From the NCBI GenBank assembly GCA_002269645.1, contig NIVC01004297.1, forward strand, positions 1 through 48,076: 48,076 nucleotides of DNA, read 5' to 3'. The stretch comes from Macrostomum lignano (taxonomy: Eukaryota). Position 1 is the first letter of the stretch; each line of letters starts with the position of its first letter. Positions 36,701 through 48,076 of this stretch are shown piece after piece. A model generated the notes under the pieces. The model was given only the letters and a program-made list of their open reading frames with translations. It was not told where the DNA came from and made no database searches. Both the position numbers and the translations under genes were made by a program.

Positions 36701-37110
36701 TGGCATTGTGCCAGTTTCTCTGCTTTTGCTCTTTGTTATTTTATTGTTGAAAAGATCAGGGATGGCTTTTGAAAAGTACAGACTGACGGGCTTCGTTCTT
36801 TGTTAATCTCATCTCATTTTAATTGGATTACATTAGCTCAATTGTCGGAATTATCCTTTAAATATCCTAGCTTTATTGTTCTATAATAAAGAAGGGGGTA
36901 ACAGTACCTTGCTGTACATTTCTCGCGAATACATGTAGTTGCAGCCGAAACTGTTCACTCATCTAAAAGAGGAATAAATTCTGAGCAACCCCGTGAAAAA
37001 ACTAGACCTCTACATGCAACCATTTAAAAATAACAGCATTTTGAAAAATGGCCTTCAAAAAAATCTACACCATTCGGGAGTGCAGCGTCCTTCTACTTAA
37101 GTAGTCCTTG
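33772..37110 (+). mobile_element. P-element-superfamily DNA transposon, internally deleted, 3339 bp
   Basis: 17-bp perfect TIR CAAGGACTACTTAAGTA at both ends, extended imperfectly to ~70 bp (TAGAAGGACGCTGCACTC...TTTTTTTGAAGGCCA). 8-bp TSD ATCTGACA at 33764-33771 and 37111-37118. Internal THAP domain and transposase C-terminus. Confidence 0.93.
34844..36101 (+). CDS. Truncated P-element transposase: THAP zinc finger plus C-terminal region
   Basis: Exons 34844-34975 and 35072-35216 give a C2CH THAP domain (MKCCLPKC...FPKD...W...ICQKHW...PPSVFP). 35449-36101 encodes LQSDRLEAEFALYRQGHGG, LYYISGYVA and LSRGKLRHP, motifs typical of P/THAP9 transposase C-termini. The middle (~first two catalytic Asp and insertion domain) is absent. 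Confidence 0.8.
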
Positions 37111-37126
37111 ATCTGACATTTCTCAC

Positions 37127-40100
37127 CTCATGCACTCGCCGCTCTTGGATCTCTCGTTGACGCTGCTGCTCACGCTGCTCTTCCTCCAGCTCGCGTCGGA
37201 TCTCCTTCTCTAACTCGTCGTCATCAGACATCATTTTGTGCGACTCCTGTTTAGGGATAGTTTTTTTAAATTAAAACTGTTAACTGTGGATTGCAATAGA
37301 TTTTACTAGAGTAAAAAGCTTGACGTTATAGTGCCGACTAAAAAGTTTATTTAGACTTTGTGTACTTTTTATCAGAGGCAGGAGCTGTGTGCACTTTAAG
37401 CGACATTGTCACACAGCCTGCGAGAGGCACTACTGCCCGTCCCGCCGACCCCCCTTAGCAGGCACACAAGCGCAAGGATACGTACGCAGTCAAACACACA
37501 GGCACACACTCACACAGGAGTGTACAGCGGCCCTAACTTTTATTATCGTTAGGCATGTACACTTCACTGTGCCTTCTTGTGGGTCGGCCCTCAACGGTAT
37601 TAATTGCACGAGCAGAGCCAAGCCGAGATTCCAATTTAGCCCCAAATTAGTGCAACTGCAGTTGGGAATCGAGCCCGGACCGCTGGCACGTAAGAGCGCC
37701 GGCCCCCTGACTTTGCGTACTTAGCTAATTCCCACCGCAACTCCGTGATCTACGCTCACCTCCAAGTGTTTCATTAGCACAGCAACCACAACATTCACCA
37801 GGACAAACTGCGCCATGAGCACGAATACCACGAAATAGATTGGCGCAATTATAGGCGAGACGCAGCAGTTCTTGACGCAGTTGTCGCTAGGATCGCATTT
37901 CTCCCGCAGGGTGTCCTTCATGATGCCATTCCAGTTGTCTCCAGTGGCGATGCGAAACAGCGTTAGAAATGCCATGCCGAAGTTTTCGAAGTGGGCGTGT
38001 CTGCTCAGGCCAACACACGGATTGTCTAATGAGCACTCTGAAATGAAAAAATATTATGTCATTATCTTTTTTATAATTTTGGGGTATTTCAACAAAAATG
38101 CTTTTAAAATTATAGGTGCATTAATTATTGGATGGTAAAATTCAAGTCAGTTGTTTAGTATCTTAGTATCTACATTATAAACACGAAAAATAGTAATCTC
38201 ACCAAGTCTCCCAAACAGCTCCACACCCAGAGCGGCAAAGATGAAGAACAGTAGAAAGAAGAGCAGACCGAGATTGCCGACCTGCGGCAATGCCTGAATG
38301 ACGGTGTCCAGCAGTGCTCTGATGCCTTTGGCCATCTTGAGCAGTTTCAGCACTTCAAAATCAATGTTAACAATTTTTGTGCTATATTGAATGAAAGTTC
38401 CTAGGGTTGGGTAGGGTAAAGTAGGGTAGGGTAGAGTAGGGTAGGGTAGGGTAGGGTAAAGTAGGGTAGGGTAGGGTAGGTCAAGTAGGGTAGGGTAGAG
38501 TAGGGTAGGGTAGGGTAGGGTAAAGTAGGGTAGGGTAGGGTAGGTCAAGTAGGACTAGGGTTAGAGTAGTATTATGGCTAGAATAATCTCCCTGTCAGCC
38601 ATAAAAGACTCACGGGGGACATTGCTGAGATGTCAAGGCTTATGGGGGAATGGCTGAAATGCTTGGCTCATTAGGGGGGGGGGGTCGTTCAGATGCTTTG
38701 AGCCAAAGCTCATAGATGATCCGACTTATATCTTAGGCTACATAGCTGGCTTTCAGGGCGGAGACTTTGTTGCTTTAAAAATAATTCTCCCCTAAAAAAA
38801 TTAACAATACGGACAGTACAAGGTCATAACCTACATGTAGTTTATTCAAAAATTTCTTTGTTGCCTCCCCAACGACGTGGGCGCTTATTGGTATTGAAAA
38901 TTCTAATAAAAAAACTCATCGACAGCAGCTTACCTCTGGCTATTCGAAGAACTCGCATAACCCGAATAATGGTTGGATTTATTGGAATCAGCGTGTACTG
39001 AACCTCCTCGAGAATGATCCCGGCAATGGAAAGTGCAACGATTATTACATCGAGCTGGTTCCATCTGGAGTAGTTTGGAGTTGACGTGAGCCAAGAGTGC
39101 TAAACGTTTGCTAAATTGTTGACACGATTTACGCAACTACATAGATTTCTTACTTATCCTTGAGGTAGCGTTGCAGTCCGAGAGCAAAAATTTTGAAAAT
39201 CGCTTCAAACACAAACACGGTTGAAAATGCATAGTTAGTAATCTTGAGTCCCATTTCGAACTCCTGTGGTAAAATGAATTGATTGTTTTTATTGCGCAGT
39301 CTAAACGTCAAAAATATTCTCAATTAAAGTTAATAAAGGCTTACCGGCGGCATCATATAGAATTCCATTGCCATGGTGATTACGTTGACACCAATAATTG
39401 TTGCTATAATTAGGTCAAAGTACTTGCTTTCTACGAATCGGTGCACTGTACGCCGAGTTCTCGAATATTTTGACCAATAGGGTATCTCACGAATACCTGA
39501 AATGTAGTTGTCATTTAGCAATGTTCATTTTTATCGTAGATTTTTTGCGAGTGCCAATTTCAGCTACCTTCCGCCGCTGGCACGAATTGCCAAATTTCAA
39601 CTTACGCCTTCGTTTCTTCTCCATCCTTCTGGCTCGCTTGGCAGCTCTTCGCGCCTTCTCTTCTTTCTCCTGGCTTGCCCGGCATTTGTGAAAGTTTTCA
39701 ACGACAACGCCGACAAACATGTTAAGCACGAAGAAGCCTACTAATAGTAGGAACGAGATAAAGTACAGCAGCAGCCACTCGTTGTTGTTCTCCTTCGGCT
39801 GCTGATTTTCGCCCACAGCGTCCAGTCCCGTGTACATGATTTGAACCCAGCCGTCTCTTGATGACAAAACAAACAGCGCCATAAGTGCCTGGCCAAGGTT
39901 GTCAAAGTTGTACTTGTGCCTTTCCCAGGTGTTGCGCTTGTCCGCCAAACAGTTGGTTTTGTTGGTGACGCCTGTCAAATCGGGTCCTTTGCAGTAGAAA
40001 AACTTTCCTTTAAAAAGTTGTACACCAAGAATGCCAAAAATGATGAAGAATGTGCAACAGATTAACACGATGTTGCCTATGGGTCTAAGCGAAGACAGCA

Positions 40101-43100
40101 GAGTTTGCACGACCAATTTGAGCCCTGGTGCCCTGCTAATCACGCGCAAAGGTCGTAAAGTTCGTAACAGGCGGAAAACCCGTAAAATTCCAAAAATCCG
40201 ATTAGTACTACCAAACAGTAGTACCACGAGGATATCAATCAGTGAAATGAACACGAGAGCTCCGTCCATTATGTTCCAACCGCTTCGCAAATAGGAATGA
40301 CGACTTATAATGAGACCGTGGGATACTAGCTTAATTAGCATCTCGACCGTAAATATGACCGTAAATATATTGTTGCTGAGACTGAGAAATTGACGCTCCT
40401 GAAATTGTTTGTGCAATTACATCATCACATATGTAACAACTAAAAGTACATTATTACAACAAAGTACAAAAAAACTTACTGTACTATTCTGTGGAATCGA
40501 AGGTCTTTCCATAGCCAGAGTGATGCAGTTCAGAGCGATGAAAAATAGTACTGTGTAGTCGAACCATCGCTGCTGCGTTATCTTATTGCACAATAAGCGG
40601 AATCTGACGGACACGTAGGTGATTATTAATAAATATGCGAGCTTAACCTATCAGTAATAATCCAAAACACCCTGATGAGCTTCGTTCACTTCTCCACCTA
40701 CATTACCGTTTCTTAATCGGTAATTTAAATATCCATACAGTGAAAAATAGTTTCTGCAATCTCTTATTCAAGATTTCCGGATTGCAAAGATAGACAGTAG
40801 ATTTACCTGTTAGTTGGACTGAACAGATACAATGCGTAGTCTTCGCGATCTTTGAAACAGCCAGTGGTCGGTACAACATACTCGCTGAGCCATTTCAGCT
40901 GCTGCAAAATTGGTAGATGAGAGCTTCTATTGTAGAAATCGTTGGAACGGCGGAAGCACTTTTCTGACAGCTACGATATAATACAGTAGACATTTGAAGG
41001 TGGCTATCACATGTTCGAAATCCTTCATAAGATCAAAAATTCACTTGATTAAGTATTCAAGTCGTCAAATTGTTTTGGTTTTTTTTTCGACGCTGTAAAA
41101 AGTGAACCTATGATGTATCCCACTTTGCCTGTACGCCTTGTCTATGTAACTAGTGCTTTGCAAGCGGAGATTCTCACTAAGTAACCTCCGCTGCCATAGA
41201 CAATAAAATTAACGCCTTGAGCCAGAGTGAGGTTGGTTGAGCACTTTCTTCTACCACAGACAAAACGTGTCCCGCGAATACGAGCTACAGGGAGCGGAGA
41301 ATACTCATAATCTCTGCAAATCTAGTCAATATTCTCCGTTCCTTGCATTCGTGGGATACATTTCAATAACCAACTGAAACTTGGAGAATGTCTATGGCAA
41401 ATCTGCATAGACATTCTCCTCGTTTCACTAGGTTATTATACATGTTTCGAGCTAGTGATATTCTTGTAGTTGTGAAAGCAACCACAGGCACTTCTCCCAC
41501 TGCCTCTTACCAAATCGTCCTCCGTACTAGCGTTGCTGTCACGCTCCTCTTCGGCTCCGGATTCTCTTTCGACTGGACGTCCGGCAGAGCCTTCGCATGC
41601 CCGCCGGCTGCCCAGCTGCGATCGGTTACTGCTGAAACTTCCAGCGCCGTCTTCGTCGTCCTTGTTATTGTCCAAGTTGCGCATTCCCAATTCGTCGGCT
41701 TGATTTTCAATTGGCGACGAGCGGAGAAACGGGCCGCGACCGTTGCTGCCGTTAGACTGATGGCGAGCCACGAGTTGGCCGTTGCAACCACTGGAAGGTT
41801 CATCGGTGGACTTTACATTTTTACTTTTAAACAGTCCTTAAAAATTTCTGAATTGAATCTTGTTTTTGTAATTAGGTCGAATTCGATACTCGTAGTATTT
41901 ATGATAGACGATTTCGACTTAGTAACAATAAATGTAAAATGTGATGCACATTTCGGACAATATGTGAAAACGCGAATTAGCGGTTGGCAACAAAGAACTT
42001 AAATTAAATCCGATTTACCTTCCAATGTGCTTTTAAAGTGTGTAAATCGAATGATTTGTAGGTGCACACTTGAGATACGCGCTGAGATGCGTTGGATTTT
42101 AAGAAATCAATTTAACTACGAGACCTATAGGAAAACTAGCCTTTTGATCAACAGATTTATGCTGCAAGTCCTAAGACGAAAGTTCCTTTTGTGGCTTTGG
42201 ATGCCCAGCTAAAAGTATACGACTATGATAAAAATACTCGCATGGGTGTTAGCACAAGGGTTCTTTTCCGTAAGTATCAATCTTGTGATCGACTTTAATC
42301 AAAGGTAGAGAAAACTTTAAAAATGCACTTGATTAGTTATAAAAATAGGAAGTAAAACACCTGACTACGACGATAAAAATGCTGCATATGAATACGATGG
42401 ATTGATGTGTAGTGATTAAATATATACGGAAGTGCTTGTAAGTTTCTGATAGCTCTAATTTTACCGTTCCATTTTATGTTTTGCATTTTAAAAAAGTGGA
42501 GTTGTCACGCCTACGTACAATAAAAACTTGGAAAATCCTATTGTTAGGACCAGGTTTTCCTTTCTGTGGGTATTTTTCCTCAAACTGCACTCAATAGACT
42601 TCTTTTTTGTTCCTAATTGGCCGCACAAGGAGTGGTAAACTTTATTAGTGCATCGAACCAATAATTATTCAGTCGAGTAAATAGTGAGAAAATATTAATA
42701 CATTTGCATAATCCAACAGAGACATTGTGCGCGATTATCCGTGAATTATTTGGATTGGTTTGATTTTTATACATCTAAAAAAGTGACGACACGATGCAAT
42801 CTCAGGTTGCGCAGGAGGTAAGAAAGCTCCGTCTGTTACGTCACAAGTCACTATAATCACCAAGACGTATTGCACACTGAAAGTAAAATAATTTTTACTT
42901 TCTCTTGATGACAGTACCTGACAGTATGGCGCCTAAAATAAAACGTGAACTTGTCTAATGGTTGGCCGCTATTATTGCAGACTGGCAGCTCAAGCAGCTG
43001 CGCCACATTGCTGTTGCTTTTGTTGCACAAACTAGCGCTGCTGCTGCCGCTGAGGGAGCACCGACTGACGCTGGTACAGCTGCTTGCTGAGCTGCTGCTG

Positions 43101-46100
43101 TAGCCACTTTGACTATTATTGAGAACAGCGAAATAAACAGAATTGTTAGACAATGAAATTAATAGGATAAATTTGTTGTTTTTTCTTCAACTGTTTGCAA
43201 CCATGATACTTTAACTAACAATATGCTCGTAAAGGTTTATAATGAGTACGACGAGAAGGTAAAAGAGAGATAGCTGCTCAAGAAGTATCATACAAAAGTT
43301 TAACTATCAATATAGTTTTACTTAGTGTATTAAATACACATCATGTCTAACTACTAACACTCAATAATCGCGCCTCTTACCTCATGTCCTGTGCCGCATC
43401 GTATCTGGCTTGTATGCTCAGCTGCTCCATCATTGGCCGCGTTGATGTCGAAGACTTTGGACTGCCCGCTCCGACGCTTTCGCAGCCCACCGAGTTACTC
43501 CGACAGTCAGGCTTATAAAAACATCAAAAATTTTGCATTCATTCGGTTTAACGAAATTAGCTCATTGATTTATTATTCAGTTATTATTTCACGAGTTGTT
43601 TAACAATTTTCTTTAATTGCTAACCATTAAGTGTTCAAATTTTTGTAGGAACAAAGTTGAACTTCTTATTTGCTTAAAAACGTCCTATTCCTTTTTGGTA
43701 AGTGACACTTAAAAATTTAAAGCTAACAAATTCAGATGGATAATTTTTTAAATGGAACTCACAGTCACAGACCGATCGATTGTGGCGATGCTAGACGAGC
43801 TGCAGTGGAACGCCAACTTTGGATTGGCTTGCCCGGCCGAGGCTACCACGGCTGCCGCCGCCGCCGCCGCTGCCGCCGCGGTAGAGCTCGCGCTGACTCT
43901 CTCTGGCGTCGCCGCCGTACGTATGATGACTGGCGGAGGCGGCAGTGTGAGCTGCGGCGCTGCCTCTAAGGTTGAATCGCCGACAATTTTGCTGCCGTTC
44001 GATCGACCGACGCGGCCACTTTCTTTAGCTTCTAGAAAAAAAGAAATAAAGATTTACTGTATATTTGTTATAATTCATTGATATGTGTATTTAAAGCCTA
44101 TGCAAACTGTTTAAATGTCTTGAAATAGAAGCCATTAAGCAGAGGTAAAGCAAGATCCTTTTGCATAACTATCAATACTGCATAGTTACTATTAAATCTA
44201 TCTGACTGAACCAATTAATCTACTGCCGAGTGCTTCCGGTAAGCACAGTATTTCTTCACTACTACGAGCCGTACAATCGGAGGCTCCGATGCGTCCGTTA
44301 ATCTATAGATTTACCGCAGATACACTCACAGAATGTTAGCCATTCGGTCACTTAACGTACGGTACGTGTACCAGCGCTAGTCGTTTACTCACTGCGCCGT
44401 TTTCTTTTTCGCCGCTGCGACGCGAATTCTGAATCGGGTGCGTCCGCAAGTGCTGCGCCACTGAGGTCCTTTGAGTTGTCGATGTCGGAGCCTTTGACAG
44501 GTGCAGCTGCTTTCTGAAATGCGATCAGCTTTTCGTAGTTTAACTTCATCAAGTTGATAAAGCATTTCATTTCATCAGCTGTAAAGTTTTAGGGAAAAAT
44601 CAGTTTCGATAAAACAATCGGAGTGATGTTTCTTTGAAATTTTGGAACACAACATAGTTTAAGAGAGCCGAGTCAACTCTTCAGTTTTATTGTAGATTGA
44701 GAGAAGACAAATCTAAGTGCAACAATCGAAAATCAATCACTTGGTTCTTTTAGCTGTCACACTGCAAAAGCAAACAGTTTGATCAAGATGATAGATATTC
44801 TGGTTAAGTTAATGCAAGGAACAGCAAACCGTAGTGACTCGTGCATTTACATGATGCAATTCAGAGCTAGGCAAATCGGGTGACTACTTGAATTTTTTGT
44901 TAGTCACATAAATGTCAAACATAGTCGAAAACATTAAACTAACAAATACAAAAAACTAAAGACCATGGGTTAATTTCCTGACTATTCCGTTGAGTCTTCA
45001 GACGGGGAAGATGTAATTAAGATGTGGGAAATGTCTTAGGACAACCAATAAATGGAACGCACATTCATTTGGTTTGAGTTGCTGAAAGTTCAACTGGCAC
45101 TAATTTTTACATATAGCTCTTGAATTTATGAATATTATTAGCAAGGCCAAATACAATCAGGAAGGTCAGCTCTAACAAAAAATTATAAAAAAACAGTTCA
45201 CCCCTCGTAACTAAAAGCAAGGCACTAAAACACGTTTTGTATTGAAATGTATGCAGTTAACTTGACAACAAGTGGATCTAAAATTGTTACAAATAGAAGA
45301 TGCCATTTTCTAATACTTGTAAACTAGAGGTGTTTAATAATTATATCTGTGCTATCGATAAGCATCATAATCAGCAATCAGTATTGCTAACGAAGGTGCA
45401 ACAGTAGAACTCGTACATAAGCACATTCGAAGAGCACTCGCTTTTACCTTCTTCAGACGGTACTTCTCCATGATATAGTACTTTCGCTGCACAGTGCATT
45501 GATTAGGGGTTTTGTTAATAAAACTGCTTCATATAGTAAAAAATATGCTCAATTTTATCCCTGACAATTAGTCCTTCTTATTAAAATGAATCTGGAGTGG
45601 AAAATTCAGAAATGAATCTTAACTATTTGGAACTTTTCAGTGACAACAGAAAAATACAGACAGGATTAGCTCGCATCAACAATGATGCAGTTCTGGCGAC
45701 ATCAGTTATTTACGATAAGCAATAAAAATGGTCGAAATATTTTCCGAATAGTAAAAAACGGAGTATACTAGTACTCGTAAATTGCAGTATGTAAACTGCC
45801 TGGCATTGCAGTTCAAGCATGCGTTTCTTGGAATGTAGTGGTAAATGATGTATGCCTATTCTATGATATTCTACGAGCTAAATACTGCTGTTTCAATACA
45901 GTTTTATGGTTACTTGTAATTTTATAGACAGGTTTAATCTGCTGGTGACCATAAAATTATTGTTAGTAAATTAAAAGTTGCTATGAGCTGTTAGCGGGCA
46001 ACAATCCGAATAAAATTATTTGCTTAATCGCTCTACACTTGTAAAAGTAATAGTGATACGAGTAATTAAAGACAATTTCTATATTTTACTTACCTCGCTA

Positions 46101-47198
46101 GAGAAGCCTTCGACCAGAATAGCGACCAGCAAGTTGAAAAGAACGTAGTTACCAAACGTCATCAGAGCGATAAAGTAAAGAGCTGCCCACGGTGAAGTGC
46201 GATACATGCCATTGTACAGCACCGTGTTCCAATCCTCTTGTGTCAGCACCTGGGGGTTATTATGCCGCTTGTAAGGTCGCAAATTCGAAATGAGCTTAAT
46301 TAGAGTTGGATTTTATTATCCAAAAGTTGTTCGGAACAAACTATACGCGTATGAGCTCAGACCACATCATTGCTATTATTACCATAGTACATCAAAAAAT
46401 AAAGTCAAACACAGTAATCAGAAAGCCAAGCGAAAAGAATTCTGAGTTTGCCTATATTCAAAGAAGTACATCAATACTATAGACGTTAGTCGTACGAGCG
46501 TATTTCGATTCTAACAGTAAAAAATCCGACAACTCAACAAGGAAAATCAGTTTTAATCAAAGCACCTGAAATACGGTGACCAGCGACCACATGATGGTGT
46601 CGAAATTTGCCCGATCACACGTGCAGTCGCTGTTGGGTTTAGCTCGCTCGCTGCAGGTGCACGTCTTGCCGTCCGGGTGCCAGCAGAACTTGCCGCCAAA
46701 TAAAGTCATGCCGAGGATGCTGAAAATTGGGTCGAAAAAATTTCTTCAGATTTTGCAGTAAAAATGTTTTACTTCTACCTTTTAAATTACACTCCGCTTT
46801 GCATAATCAATGCGTCCAAGGGCGTAGCCAGGTTTTTCCGTGGGAGGGGGTTACGTTCCTGCCTACTAATTTTGTTTAAGAGACGCTGCTCCATTTTAAG
46901 GGTTTCCAAGGCTACTACAAGGGTCCTAAAGCTGCTGTTCAACAAAAGAAAGTACAAAAGTTCATTTACCAAACATTTATTTTATTAAAGGTATACTTTC
47001 AATTGTTCATACCTGAATATAAAGATAAATAGCACAAGCAGTGCAAAGAAGGTGGCCACATTGTCCATGGTTTTTAACATCACAAAAAGCTGCTGCCGCA
47101 GAGCAGGAAGAAATCGCACCAGTTTTAGAATTCGAAGCAGACGAAATGTTCGCAGCACAGAGAGGCCACTGTTGCCACCTTGGATGAGCTCGAAGATG
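37127..47198 (-). CDS. Cav3: Voltage-gated T-type calcium channel alpha-1 subunit (CACNA1G/H/I orthologue), domains II(S3)-IV and proximal C-terminus; 5' part outside window
   Basis: Phase-consistent exons 47198-47014, 46719-46566, 46249-46094, 44513-44393, 44031-43763, 43511-43381, 43112-42918, 41790-41511, 40901-40807, 40603-40480, 40398-39606, 39496-39345, 39263-39154, 39064-38934, 38352-38203, 38037-37760, 37246-37127 (linker exons less certain). S4 segments [42 protein letters not shown]. Pore loops TQEDW, SRDGW, TGDNW fit the Cav3 (E)EDD filter. Linker motif [11 protein letters not shown]. Confidence 0.97.
37373..37707 (-). mobile_element. tRNA-derived SINE, A-box region partly missing
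   Basis: The reverse complement matches the 4111 and 28027 copies (GGCTCGATTCC, TTGGAATCTCGGCTTGGCTCTGCTCGTG, GTGTACATGCCTAACGAT). Confidence 0.8.
38402..38565. repeat. (GGGTA)n pentanucleotide repeat in a Cav3 intron
   Basis: About 30 units with AGAGT/AAAGT variants. Confidence 0.95.
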
Positions 47199-48076
47199 CT
47201 GGGATAAGTGATGAAGATTTAATATATATAGTCTAGCAGTTGACTACAGTTGTGCGAATTCCTGATTTACTCCCCAATGCATATAACAAGTGTAGCTCTA
47301 ATCATCGACTTGTCTATTAACGTCATCAGGTTAATTCTTCTGCATTTTAGTACGAGTATCTGCTTGCAATTGATTTCATGGCCGCCGGCCTCTCAAGCCC
47401 AACTCCGTTTAACCATATAGGCATTTAGCGTGGGGTTGGGTTTGGCTTATCTTAATTCGACGGTCAATTAAACTCCCACCCCTATTTCTGTCCCCGCACA
47501 TCCAATAAGAAAGCTGATAGCTTATCGATTTTTAGGGCGCATGACCCACCCCCTTCTTCAACCCCACTGCCCTTGAGCCCAACTATGGGGAGGGGTGAAA
47601 TGCAATCGATTTTATAGCTGCCCGTTCAATCCACAGAATATACACAGAATGGCGAATCGGCAGTTCTCTATGAAAGCGAAAATAAATGCGCTTGCACTAC
47701 TAACGTTGTGAAGCTGATAAGTAGCTGCGATTTTTTAAACGCAAAGTTGAATGTAAAAGTTGAGCTCAAGACAGCCTTTGAAAGCTCTGAATCGTCGTTT
47801 TGACGCTGCAGTTAAATGCTGTGCTATCATTGTAATTAATTTGTTCATAACGGTGCGTGCGCAAAGTCATGAGCAGTAGTAACAACTGTTATAACCTCAT
47901 TACCATGTATATGTAAGCTAAAAAACAAAAGTAACAAACATAACAACAGGTTAAATTTTAGTGCTGCACGCAAGGCAGGAAATGCCAGACGCAACAGAAA
48001 TTGCAAATCTCATGCAATCACACTCATCCTCTTGAACTTCCTCGATTGCTCATTGCAAAATGCTCGCCCGCGCTTT

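Noticed and set aside
46787-46972. Intronic minus-strand ORF with [12 protein letters not shown], superficially like a Cav3 exon 12a
   Set aside because: Lacks ILGMxLFG and the cysteines, ends in a stop rather than a donor, and the motif overlaps AGGGCGTAGCCAGG, which looks like a MITE terminus.

Overview
Eukaryotic (invertebrate animal) genomic DNA with GT-AG introns and roughly a fifth of its length in minisatellites; the gene and repeat style suggests a flatworm such as Macrostomum (inference only). Hand-spliced genes: (1) a + strand ankyrin-repeat/SOCS-box gene (225-4665) broken by several single-base deletions; (2) an unrecognised 7-exon, 719-aa ARM/HEAT-like protein on the - strand (6973-13994) built from two collinear ~340-aa halves that share no intron positions; (3) a Gln/Pro-rich coiled-coil gene on + (20285 to at least 30868) resembling the SRCIN1/KIAA1217 family; (4) the domain II-IV half of a T-type calcium channel (Cav3) on - (47198 down to 37127, last exon uncertain). 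Mobile DNA: a 3339-bp P-element-superfamily transposon (33772-37110; CAAGG-type TIRs, 8-bp TSD) with an internally deleted THAP transposase, inserted just inside a Cav3 intron; a 50-bp TIR-TIR remnant with its own 8-bp TSD (27305-27354) that looks like a P-element excision footprint; and four copies of a tRNA-derived SINE. Weaker candidates include a type I hammerhead-like fold and several hairpins. No CRISPR array, rRNA or true tRNA gene is supported. All gene models are manual and unverified by transcript data.
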